A model generated the notes under the pieces. It ran no database searches. It saw only the letters and a list, made by a program, of their open reading frames with translations, and was not told where the DNA came from. Position numbers and translations under genes: made by a program. DNA of 64,000 bases from a virus (lineage: Duplodnaviria > Caudoviricetes): the IMG/VR virus record IMGVR_UViG_3300029798_000001. One strand, written 5' to 3'. Numbering within the stretch: position 1 is the stretch's first letter; each line of letters starts with the position of its first letter. This document shows, one piece after another, positions 20,686-31,008 of this stretch.

Positions 20686-20903
20686 AAGAGTATCTAAGAG
20701 GAGTAAGGATCTCTGATGGAAATGTAGAAAAGGCCTTAAGAAAATTTAAGAAAAAAATACAAGAATCTGGATTATTAGACGAACTACGCAGTCGCGAAAC
20801 ATACGAAAAGCCTACTACAGAACGCAAACGCAAAAAGGGAGCAGCACGAGCCCGGTTGCGTAAGCAACTTAGAGACCAATCTTTACCAACAAAACTTTTT
20901 TAA
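20682..20903 (+). CDS. rpsU: 30S ribosomal protein bS21
   Basis: [12 protein letters not shown]...[19 protein letters not shown]; TAAATA at 20648-20653 inside the clpX 3' end. Confidence 0.93.
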   Translation: MKEYLRGVRISDGNVEKALRKFKKKIQESGLLDELRSRETYEKPTTERKRKKGAARARLRKQLRDQSLPTKLF

Positions 20904-20904
20904 A

Positions 20905-21903
20905 ATGAGTTACATTAGAAATATCGCTCCTGGCGTAATACGCTATACCTGCGGACTTTATAGCCGAAAAGATTTACAAAATGTTCAAAATACAGTAGTA
21001 AGAGATCTTGCTACTAATAATTTATCTATCGATGATTTAAAAAATAATATATTACTACTTGATTTTTTGGCAGAAGGCCATGACGATAAGTTAATACAAC
21101 CGTTGATTGATTATCTTGCCACTATAGCCGGCATCGACAACATTCGTGTATTATTTAATGCCGCAATAGATGTATCTAAATTACCCTATCGAGCTAGGTC
21201 GTTTGTTACACATTTTACTACCTGGGATGGTCGATTTGTCAATGATGGCAACCAAGAAACTGTGCAATTAGAAACTAAATTTTTATGTTTGGCACGAAGA
21301 CCGAGCACTGCTCGTGCCAAACTTCTTAGTCAGTTGTTAAATGAGGTGCCTGATATTCGAGCTAGTTTCGGTAGTGGGTTTTACGATCCAAGTATGATTG
21401 ATCAATATAAATCCTATTTTCCTAATCATTCATTGCCGATAATGTTATCTGATGGTGATGCTCGCTCTCATAATTATTTTCTTGCTAGTGATATTTTTCA
21501 AACTTGTTTGTTTAATATTATAGTAGAAACTAGCAATCAAAATGACACATCTGGGTGGAATTCCATCTTCTTAACAGAAAAAACATTTAAATGTTTTGAT
21601 TTGTATCAAATACCTATTTGGTTTGCTGTACCTGGGATCGTAGCACAAGTACGAAAGTTAGGCTTTGATTTATTTGATGATATTATCGATCATGGGTATG
21701 ATGATATTATTGATGAAGCAGAACGAATAAATTCTATTATTGCTCAGGCAAAAAATCTAGATAATAAGTTTTCTTTAGCGGACTGCCAAAATTTAAGAAA
21801 TACTATGTATCCTCGACTTAAGGCTAATCTTGCCGTGCTCGACGGATTAACCGCCAGTTATACCCAAACAAATGATCAATTGATTAACGAATTATTAACA
21901 TAA
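20905..21903 (+). CDS. Putative glycosyltransferase-like protein (paralog of 26143-27438)
   Basis: FNIIVET...FLTEKTFK...LGFDLFDDIIDHGYD; visibly AT-rich. Confidence 0.55.
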   Translation: MSYIRNIAPGVIRYTCGLYSRKDLQNVQNTVVRDLATNNLSIDDLKNNILLLDFLAEGHDDKLIQPLIDYLATIAGIDNIRVLFNAAIDVSKLPYRARSFVTHFTTWDGRFVNDGNQETVQLETKFLCLARRPSTARAKLLSQLLNEVPDIRASFGSGFYDPSMIDQYKSYFPNHSLPIMLSDGDARSHNYFLASDIFQTCLFNIIVETSNQNDTSGWNSIFLTEKTFKCFDLYQIPIWFAVPGIVAQVRKLGFDLFDDIIDHGYDDIIDEAERINSIIAQAKNLDNKFSLADCQNLRNTMYPRLKANLAVLDGLTASYTQTNDQLINELLT

Positions 21904-21910
21904 CTTAAAA

Positions 21911-21982
21911 AATCTGTTATAAATATATTATGTAGATGCCCAATTAGGGTCTACTTTATTACTTGCTTATTTTTAAGGAGAA
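21911..21982 (+). promoter_or_regulatory. Late promoter TATAAATA, conserved hairpin and RBS (copy 1 of hsp20-type leader; no ORF follows)
   Basis: Matches 24057-24132 in AATCTGTTATAAATA, GATGCC..GGGTC and ACTTGCTTATTT..AAGGAGAA. Confidence 0.75.
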
Positions 21983-22056
21983 TTTATATATCAACGCAAC
22001 CCTTTCTGGCCCAGTGTCAACCCCTTACAATTTAAACATTTAACTATCAATAGTTA

Positions 22057-22085
22057 TTGACACTTATTCCTATTTGTGTTATAAT
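22057..22085 (+). promoter_or_regulatory. Sigma70 consensus promoter for groES-groEL
   Basis: TTGACA-N17-TATAAT (perfect consensus), followed by AAGGAG. Confidence 0.85.
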
Positions 22086-22127
22086 CTATTATTGTGGTAA
22101 TATCATTTACATTTAAAAGGAGTCAAA

Positions 22128-22415
22128 ATGAATTTAAAACCTATTCACGATCGTATTGTTATTCGATTAGTAGAAGCGGAAACTCAAACTAAATCTGGAA
22201 TCTTTATTCCAGATGCCGCAGTAGAAAAACCTAGCCAAGGTGACGTTGTTGCCGCAGGCCCTGGTCGCACTACAGAAGATGGACAACTAGTTCCAAACGC
22301 AGTAAACATAGGCGACCGTGTGTTGTTTGGCAAGCATGCCGCAACACCAATTAAAGTTGACGGCGAAGAACTTCACATCCTCCGTGAGGACGATGTAATG
22401 GCAATTGTAGAATAA
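22128..22415 (+). CDS. groES: Co-chaperonin GroES
   Basis: LKPIHDRIVI, TKSGIFIP, GDVVAAGPG, GDRVLFGK, ILREDDVMAIV. Confidence 0.97.
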   Translation: MNLKPIHDRIVIRLVEAETQTKSGIFIPDAAVEKPSQGDVVAAGPGRTTEDGQLVPNAVNIGDRVLFGKHAATPIKVDGEELHILREDDVMAIVE

Positions 22416-24044
<1,629 letters not shown>

Positions 24045-24056
24045 TTTGACAGATTT

Positions 24057-24137
24057 AATCTGTTATAAATAGTACTGTGGATGCCGATGGTCGGGTCCAC
24101 AGTATTATGTCACTTGCTTATTTAAAAGGAGAAAACA
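24057..24137 (+). promoter_or_regulatory. Late promoter TATAAATA, conserved hairpin leader and RBS of hsp20 (copy 2)
   Basis: TACTGTGGA-TG-CCGA-TGG-TCGG-G-TCCACAGTA hairpin, then AAGGAG. Confidence 0.8.
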
Positions 24138-24584
24138 ATGACAAGACTCACAACTCTGGACCTCAGTCCATTCTATCGTAATTCAATTGGTATCGATCAT
24201 TTATTTGATCGTATGATTCATCAAATTGATACCGCGGCCGCATCAACAACTAACTATCCACCTTACAACATTGTAAAAACTGGCGAAAACACCTACGAAA
24301 TTCAAGTAGCTGTTGCTGGCTTCACTCAGGGCGAAGTTACAGTTAATGTTAATGAAGGCCAATTAATCATCACTGGCGAAAAAGGTGATACCGATCTACC
24401 CGAAGGACATGTATATGAGCACCAAGGAATTAGTTCCCGTCGTTTTATACGCACATTTACTTTAGCTGATTATGTTGAAGTAGTTACTGCTACTAGTCAA
24501 GATGGTATTCTTACTGTTAGTTTAGAGCGGCAGATTCCTGACGCGATGAAGCCAAAGACCGTTGCTATTACCTACAAAAAATAG
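24138..24584 (+). CDS. hsp20: Small heat shock protein (Hsp20/IbpA family)
   Basis: YPPYNIVK, VAVAGF, HQGISSRRFIRTFTLAD, DGILTVSLER.IPDAMKP. Confidence 0.95.
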   Translation: MTRLTTLDLSPFYRNSIGIDHLFDRMIHQIDTAAASTTNYPPYNIVKTGENTYEIQVAVAGFTQGEVTVNVNEGQLIITGEKGDTDLPEGHVYEHQGISSRRFIRTFTLADYVEVVTATSQDGILTVSLERQIPDAMKPKTVAITYKK

Positions 24585-24644
24585 TACAATAGTGTAAATA
24601 CAGTGGAGGGCATATTGCTCTCCACTATAACAAAGGATCATATA

Positions 24645-24953
24645 ATGTCGCAACCTGGATCGATTACACAAGTAAAAATCAACGAAGCTCTTAAAGAGCC
24701 TCCGATGTTTAAGGTGATTTATCTCAATGATAATCAAACTACTGTAGAATTTGTAATTGAAACTCTGTTGAGCTTTTTTAATTATACAGAAGATACTGCC
24801 ATAAAAATTACACAAGATATACACGAAGCAGGATCTGCAATAGTTGCGATATTGCCCTACGAAGTAGCAGAACAGAAAGGCATTGAAGTTACAGTACATG
24901 CTCGGTCAAATAACTACCCGTTACAAGTTAAATTAGAGCCAGAAGTAGTTTAA
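24645..24953 (+). CDS. clpS: ATP-dependent Clp protease adaptor ClpS
   Basis: PPMFKVIYLNDNQTTVEFV, IHEAGSAIV, YEVAEQK, YPLQVKLE; start moved to ATG 24645 after AAAGGA; TAAATA at 24595-24600 and an 11-bp hairpin at 24602-24626. Confidence 0.92.
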   Translation: MSQPGSITQVKINEALKEPPMFKVIYLNDNQTTVEFVIETLLSFFNYTEDTAIKITQDIHEAGSAIVAILPYEVAEQKGIEVTVHARSNNYPLQVKLEPEVV

Positions 24954-25741
24954 AATTTAACTTCTATTCGTTTAGGGTAGTATGCCGACTGTGAAAAATC
25001 AGTATCGCCTCGCCCACGACAATTGTTAACATATCGTATTCCTCCAAAGTCACGGTCGACAGATTTATGATAATGCCCAAAACACCAGGTTGTAATTTTA
25101 TTTTCTGTATCTTCTTCGACGGCTTGTTGTAAGTGCCGATTACCCATGCAGTTAAATCTCCAAGTATCCACTAGGTCTATATCATGATCAATAATCCATG
25201 GAGCCGGCACAGTATGACTAATCAATACAATGGCCTTTACTTCTTGATGCGTTTGTAATTTACTTACACTATTAATTAGATAAGCAGCATCATGATATGC
25301 AACACCGTTTATGGCCAAGGCAGCACCCTGGCTAATGTTGTTATGATTTTGATACCAATTAACACTTTGATCAAGATCTATATTAGAATCAAAATCATAA
25401 CACCACCAGCCATTGGTTGCTAAAAATGCTACGCCGTTGACTATGATTACATGATCTTGCATGTACACTACATTCTTAATATTTTTAATTTCTTGACTTA
25501 ATTCAAGATAACTGGCGCCTAAATCATCAAGTGAATACCTATGTTCGTCGTTACCGTCAATATAAAATACACCACCCGGGTAACATTCGCCTAAATGAGT
25601 TAAAGTATCTACTAAAATTTTACGATCTCTAGAGACATCCCCTGCAACAACACAATACGGGCTGGTAGCCTGACCAGACCAATCAAAATTAGTCCAGGTC
25701 TCTATATGTAAGTCGGAAATTAAATCAAAGGCAAAAGTCAT
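24950..25741 (-). CDS. Calcineurin-like metallophosphoesterase
   Basis: ISDLH, VAGD, DGNDEH, SHTVP, FGHYH, NNCRG. Confidence 0.85.
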   Translation of the reverse strand: MTFAFDLISDLHIETWTNFDWSGQATSPYCVVAGDVSRDRKILVDTLTHLGECYPGGVFYIDGNDEHRYSLDDLGASYLELSQEIKNIKNVVYMQDHVIIVNGVAFLATNGWWCYDFDSNIDLDQSVNWYQNHNNISQGAALAINGVAYHDAAYLINSVSKLQTHQEVKAIVLISHTVPAPWIIDHDIDLVDTWRFNCMGNRHLQQAVEEDTENKITTWCFGHYHKSVDRDFGGIRYVNNCRGRGDTDFSQSAYYPKRIEVKF

Positions 25742-25795
25742 TATAAATTTTTTTAGTTGAGTGTAGCATTATAAGTATTTACAAGAGGAATCAAT

Positions 25796-26146
25796 ATGCA
25801 TATTATTTTTGATAATGACCAAGGACTAGACGAAAAATACACGGTTTTAGAATTAGATACTTTTCGATTTAGCAATCTCCAAGCGGAACGCACAGCGTAC
25901 TGTATAATCGAAAATATACCATTTGAAGAAATGCCAGCGGTACAAACTTTTAAAGAATTACATGCTACATTAATGACAGAATATCGTAATCGTCGTTGGG
26001 GAGAATGCGACAAAATTATTGCACAACTTATAGGTAAATGGGGTGGCGAGTTAGATACCTTTTATGCAGAATTACGGTCACGGATCGATTTGCTTAAAAC
26101 TATGACATTAGATGATTTATGGAACGGGATTATTGATAGGTCTTAA
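25796..26146 (+). CDS. Hypothetical helical protein resembling the C-terminal tail of class III nucleotide cyclases
   Basis: YRNRRW.EC...L..FY.EL.SRI...WNGII pattern; AGAGG RBS. Confidence 0.55.
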   Translation: MHIIFDNDQGLDEKYTVLELDTFRFSNLQAERTAYCIIENIPFEEMPAVQTFKELHATLMTEYRNRRWGECDKIIAQLIGKWGGELDTFYAELRSRIDLLKTMTLDDLWNGIIDRS

Positions 26147-27438
26147 TTTGTACGATTTGTTTGTAAACGTTTGGCTATTTGCAACACAGCAGTAACTTGA
26201 CTTAATGTGGGATTTCTTAAATCGGATTCTGATTCTAAACAACTGTTTATTTCTTTATAAGTGAGTAATTTTTCCCATCGTTCCACAAATGGTTTAACAT
26301 CGAACTCGTTAATTATTTGATTTAATCCGCTAGTTAAATTTGTTTTTAATTCTGCCATTATTTGATTAACAAACTCTTTATTAAAAAAATGCCGACGATT
26401 ATAGTCACTAATTTCTTGTGCATTTATTAGTTTAGTAATCTTTTCTTTGGGCGTCCATTGAGATATTGTTTTCATAAGATTTGTTATGGCAAATAATCTT
26501 TCTTCTGAATTTTCTATAGTATCGTAACTTTCGTCCCAGATGTTGCCAAAAGTTTTAAACCCATAACTGCGTAAATATTCTAAACTGCCGTACGTGCCTG
26601 CAATAATAAATGGTTGCCCACACGCAATCGGTCTTAGACTTTTTTCAGTTAAGTGCAATCTTGAATCATCAAACAAAGTTTCTAATACTACTTCAATATC
26701 CGTAGATTCGTAATCGTTGAGGTCAAAGTCGGCACTATAATGACTCTGTGCTGTGCTAATTGGAAAAAAGTTTTCTAATGAGGAAATTGGGCACCACCTA
26801 GGATTTTTAAATTTATGTATTTTGTAGTGTATGCCCAAGTCGGGCTCAACAGGGTTAACGCTGGTTTGACAATAATTTTCCAAACCCAGTTCCACTAGTA
26901 GATCTAAAAACTTTAAACGATATTCTCTAGTGCCACACCAGGCACGATTATAAATTAAAAATAATTTATCTACTTGTTTTTTTTGTGTAGTATGTTCGGC
27001 AAAACGGAACCAATCTAGGGCCATTAATGCATGACTCCAGTAATATACATCAACACATTCATTAGTTTGATATGTAGTTAAATTAGTAGATCTTTTTTCA
27101 CTGTGCAGTAAACATGTTTTATTATAAATAGTTGGCTGATGCATTAAGTTACGGTCACTATACATTGATAATTCCATTGATAATGATTTTAATATGTTAC
27201 GGAGCTTATAATTTTTTGTAATATTTTGATATAATTCATAATCTAATGGTTCTTGATCGTGGCAGTACACAGGAATACTTAACGCCCGCTCCTTCCATAA
27301 TATTGGTCCATTCAATTCTTGCAAATTATCTCTATTCTTTTCCCCATGGGGATAAAAACGATAAATTATTATATTATCATTAATTTCTTTGGCAATATCT
27401 TCAATAAAGTGATATAATCGATCCAACGGAATGCTCAT
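26143..27438 (-). CDS. Putative glycosyltransferase-like protein (paralog of 20905-21903)
   Basis: IEVVLET...HLTEKSLRPI...YGFKTFGNIWDESYD; TAAATA on the minus strand 7 nt before ATG. Confidence 0.6.
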   Translation of the reverse strand: MSIPLDRLYHFIEDIAKEINDNIIIYRFYPHGEKNRDNLQELNGPILWKERALSIPVYCHDQEPLDYELYQNITKNYKLRNILKSLSMELSMYSDRNLMHQPTIYNKTCLLHSEKRSTNLTTYQTNECVDVYYWSHALMALDWFRFAEHTTQKKQVDKLFLIYNRAWCGTREYRLKFLDLLVELGLENYCQTSVNPVEPDLGIHYKIHKFKNPRWCPISSLENFFPISTAQSHYSADFDLNDYESTDIEVVLETLFDDSRLHLTEKSLRPIACGQPFIIAGTYGSLEYLRSYGFKTFGNIWDESYDTIENSEERLFAITNLMKTISQWTPKEKITKLINAQEISDYNRRHFFNKEFVNQIMAELKTNLTSGLNQIINEFDVKPFVERWEKLLTYKEINSCLESESDLRNPTLSQVTAVLQIAKRLQTNRTN

Positions 27439-27466
27439 AGGAAGTTATTTACTCATAAAATTATCA

Positions 27467-28477
27467 ATGAAATATAAATCTGTTTTACTAATTGGCGGCG
27501 CCGGTTATGTCGGGTCAGTAATCACCGATTCGTTGTTAGCATCTGGATGTAGAGTTACCTGCCTGGATTTATTACTTTATCAGAATAATCAGTGTGTTGT
27601 TCCGTATCTGTTAAATCCCAATTACAAATTTGTATACGGCGACATGTGCGATCAAGCCGCACTGACTCGGGCATTGGACGGAATAACAGATGTTATTTTA
27701 TTAGCCGGCTTAGTAAGTGATTCTGTTACTAAACAATATCCAATAGAATCTGAAGCAATTAATACAATCGGAACACTATACTGTATTGATCAATTAAATC
27801 ACCGGGGACTTGATCATGTCATATTCATGTCGTCTTGTTCTAATTATGGAATTCTAAAGGAAGATCAGATTGCCGATGAAGGGTTTATTTTAAGCCCAAC
27901 ATCGTCGTATGCACAATCTAAAATTACAGTGGAAGAATATCTATTGGCAAAAAAAGGAAAAGTGGATTATATGCCAACAGTTCTGAGATTTGCCACAGCG
28001 TTTGGCTTATCGCCAAGATTGCGGTTGGATTTAACTATTAATGAGTTTGCTTACGCTGCAGAGCTGGGTAACGAGATTGTGGTTTTTAATCCACATGCGT
28101 GGAGGCCATATTGTCATGTTAAAGATTTTGCCAGACTCATTGAATTAGTACTTGATGCCCCACACTACAAGGTAGCATTTGAAGTATTTAATGCTGGTGG
28201 AGATGTAAATAATTATACTAAACAATCGATTATTGATGCGGTTGTTGCTGAAGTACCGACAGCAAATATTCGGTATCAGACTCAAATAACTGACCCTCGT
28301 AATTATAGAATTGACTTTACTAAAGTTAAAACAGTACTCGGGTTTGAACCCAGGTTTACAGTAGAAGAGGGCATTCGAGAAGTTATTAACGCAATACGCA
28401 ATCATGTCTATGATAATATAGATCCAACATCTAACCTTTACGGAAATTACAAAATAAAATATGATATCAAGCCTTAA
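27467..28477 (+). CDS. NAD-dependent nucleotide-sugar epimerase/dehydratase
   Basis: GGAGYVGS Rossmann motif, SSCSNYG, YAQSK (YxxxK), LRFATAFG, RPYCHVKD. Confidence 0.92.
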   Translation: MKYKSVLLIGGAGYVGSVITDSLLASGCRVTCLDLLLYQNNQCVVPYLLNPNYKFVYGDMCDQAALTRALDGITDVILLAGLVSDSVTKQYPIESEAINTIGTLYCIDQLNHRGLDHVIFMSSCSNYGILKEDQIADEGFILSPTSSYAQSKITVEEYLLAKKGKVDYMPTVLRFATAFGLSPRLRLDLTINEFAYAAELGNEIVVFNPHAWRPYCHVKDFARLIELVLDAPHYKVAFEVFNAGGDVNNYTKQSIIDAVVAEVPTANIRYQTQITDPRNYRIDFTKVKTVLGFEPRFTVEEGIREVINAIRNHVYDNIDPTSNLYGNYKIKYDIKP

Positions 28478-29384
28478 TGAGTGGGACCCATTAGAAGCTA
28501 TTATAGTAGGAACGGCTACTAATGCTAATTGGCCCATGACAGATCCTGTGTTTGCTGAAGAAGCTCGTGCAAGTTTATGGACAAAAACTCCTGCACCGAG
28601 TGGCCCAGTTCCGCAGTTTATAATCGATGAGGCCAACCGAGAATTAGATATTTTATCCGAAACCATAGTCCGTTATGGTGCTACAGTATATCGTCCACGA
28701 CCAATGGACTTTGTTGAACGCAAAGGAATGTATAATTATTGCCCTAGAGACCGATTGTTGATTGCTGGTGATACTGTATTAGATTGTAACATGATGTATC
28801 CTTGCCGTAATCAAGAAATTAAAAATTATTATAGATTAATTGCAGATGCTCGCAACATATTCACTATGCCTAGAGATCAAGGAATGATCCTTGATGCCGC
28901 CAATATTTGTCGTTTAGGTGATACTTGGTTATTCTTAGAAAGTGCCAGCGGAAACAGAGCCGCATATGATTGGCTCTGTCGTAAGTTTCGTAACATTACA
29001 ATTGAACTTGTTAATTTTTATTCAGGTGTACATATTGATTCTACTATTACTCCCTTGCGCGAAGGATTAGTGTTATTAAATGCTAACCGTGTTAGCGAGC
29101 AAAATTGTCCAACGGCATTCAAGGACTGGGAAAAGATTTATGTCACAGAAGATCAAATTATTGCCCAAGACTTTTACCAATATCCCTATGCTAGTAAATG
29201 GATAGCTATGAATATGCTGGCGCTTGATCCTGAAACAGTTATTATAGATGCTGCACAAACTCAGCTAATTACTATATTAAAGTCCAAAGGAATCGACAGT
29301 ATTCCACTAACTCTAAGTCATAGTAGGACATTAGGGGGTGGATTTCATTGTGTTACTTTAGACACACGGAGAAAGCATGGCTAA
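28461..29384 (+). CDS. Amidinotransferase (glycine/inosamine-phosphate amidinotransferase family)
   Basis: SLNEWDPLEAIIVG, YCPRD, DAAN, HIDST, GGGFHCVTLD with catalytic D/H/C. Confidence 0.88.
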   Translation: MISSLNEWDPLEAIIVGTATNANWPMTDPVFAEEARASLWTKTPAPSGPVPQFIIDEANRELDILSETIVRYGATVYRPRPMDFVERKGMYNYCPRDRLLIAGDTVLDCNMMYPCRNQEIKNYYRLIADARNIFTMPRDQGMILDAANICRLGDTWLFLESASGNRAAYDWLCRKFRNITIELVNFYSGVHIDSTITPLREGLVLLNANRVSEQNCPTAFKDWEKIYVTEDQIIAQDFYQYPYASKWIAMNMLALDPETVIIDAAQTQLITILKSKGIDSIPLTLSHSRTLGGGFHCVTLDTRRKHG

Positions 29385-30423
29385 TGCAGGAGTAGTAGTT
29401 GACCCAATTTTAGTTCAACGATTAGTAGAACAGGCGGTGCAGGATAATATTTTAAATGCGGTGGAAAATCTCACCTCAGATCCTGCATGGTTGGCAAAAA
29501 TTGAAAGAATGGTTAACCAAACAGTTCTGCAAGAAACAATAACTAGATTAAGTGCTGTTGATATCAACCCGGCAATCAAACAGCGGATTGACGAAAGTAT
29601 GAAGGTATTCCAGCAGGATATTTTAAAGAAATTTGTTAGCACCGGCATTACAGATCAGGCCACCGTTACCCAGATCACAGTAACAGACAATACCACAGTT
29701 GTCGGCAATTGTTTAGTTGCACCAAGTATAGAAGTTGCAGAAACCGTCACAGTTCAAAATTTAATAGTTAAGGGAGTAATTAACACCGATAATCATTCCT
29801 GGACAAATTTAACCACACAGATTAGTCAAAAAACATTAGATCTAATGACGGCAGAGTGGACTGACGGGCTAGTACAACAAACAGCCGAGCGGATACAAGA
29901 GCAGGGAATTGACTTTGATCAAATAACTGTCGGCGGAGAAAAATTAATCAACGGCAATCAGTTAGCCAGAAGTATAACCGAAACTAATATACAAACAGTC
30001 GGCTCTTTGCGACAGTTAACAGTAACCGGCGAAGCCCATCTTAATAATACTATTAGTATACTTAATAAAAGAATAGGAATTAACACCCAAGAACCAGAAA
30101 TGGCATTAAGTGTGTGGGATGAAGAAGTATCAATCGTTGTGGGCAAATACAAGGCCAAACAGGCATATATCGGAACTAATCGCGATCAAGGCATAGTTAT
30201 CGGAGTAAATCGATTGCCACAGATTGAAATCAGTAGCGAGGGGTTAACTACTGTGAAAAAATTACAAGTTGGTCTACATAAGATTAGTCACGATAACAAA
30301 GTTCCTGGATGGACTGGAACTCGAGGTGATATTGTGTTTAATTCTAATCCAATAGCCGACCGTGTGTTTGCCTGGGTATGCCTGGGCGGGTTTAACTGGC
30401 AAACTTTAAAGAGTGCTGAATGA
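29377..30423 (+). CDS. Hypothetical virion-associated/fibre-like protein
   Basis: Helical N-terminus, beta-rich middle, C-terminal GDIVFNSNP...AWVCLGG motif seen in phage tail proteins. Confidence 0.5.
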   Translation: MANAGVVVDPILVQRLVEQAVQDNILNAVENLTSDPAWLAKIERMVNQTVLQETITRLSAVDINPAIKQRIDESMKVFQQDILKKFVSTGITDQATVTQITVTDNTTVVGNCLVAPSIEVAETVTVQNLIVKGVINTDNHSWTNLTTQISQKTLDLMTAEWTDGLVQQTAERIQEQGIDFDQITVGGEKLINGNQLARSITETNIQTVGSLRQLTVTGEAHLNNTISILNKRIGINTQEPEMALSVWDEEVSIVVGKYKAKQAYIGTNRDQGIVIGVNRLPQIEISSEGLTTVKKLQVGLHKISHDNKVPGWTGTRGDIVFNSNPIADRVFAWVCLGGFNWQTLKSAE

Positions 30424-30977
30424 ATATTAACTGGGTTCTTGCTGATCCTACAACCTTAGGGCCCGAAGTAGATATCAAACAACTTAAAAATATTGGAGGT
30501 TTGTGGGGTGGTTGGCGCACATGGAGAGGTTGCCAAACCGATAATGTTATATGTAATGATATGGCAAAAGCCGCTGAACTTTTAAAAAGACGCTTTCAGG
30601 ATTTGTGTAATTTTTACATACCAAATTCCATTTATCAAACTTTAAATCGTCCTAATAATGTTAAATTATATGAAGGTGCATTTGTACACGATGTTGACCA
30701 TCAAGAAGAAATAGTATCAATGCACTTGGCCGCAGGTTCTAGTGACATTGTATTATTGTTAGGTTTTGATTGGTCTGAACCAGATATGAACCCAGATAAA
30801 TTGTTAGAACATCGTGCCCGTAATTACCGTGGAATGATACACCAAGCAATAGCGGACAACAGGCATGTACAATGGGTATTGGTTGATCATCTAAGTCCGA
30901 TCATGAAAGATTTGGCAAGTTTGGAAAATCTTAGTACCGATATTATGGAAAATGTCCTAACCTTTGCAGGTAGTTGA
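30420..30977 (+). CDS. Hypothetical protein (possible 6-hydroxymethylpterin diphosphokinase/GT-associated fold)
   Basis: ATGA coupling; IVLLLGFD motif. Confidence 0.45.
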   Translation: MNINWVLADPTTLGPEVDIKQLKNIGGLWGGWRTWRGCQTDNVICNDMAKAAELLKRRFQDLCNFYIPNSIYQTLNRPNNVKLYEGAFVHDVDHQEEIVSMHLAAGSSDIVLLLGFDWSEPDMNPDKLLEHRARNYRGMIHQAIADNRHVQWVLVDHLSPIMKDLASLENLSTDIMENVLTFAGS

Positions 30978-31002
30978 CACATAAGTCTTTTTGTTATACA
31001 AT
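30974..31002 (+). promoter_or_regulatory. Sigma70 promoter of leaderless uvsE
   Basis: TTGACA-N17-TACAAT with ATG 6 nt downstream at 31009. Confidence 0.75.
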
Positions 31003-31008
31003 AGCAGT

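Noticed and set aside
21990-22127. CIRCE or sigma32 heat-shock element upstream of groES
   Set aside because: Neither TTAGCACTC-N9-GAGTGCTAA nor a CCCCAT -10 is present; the promoter is plain sigma70 consensus.
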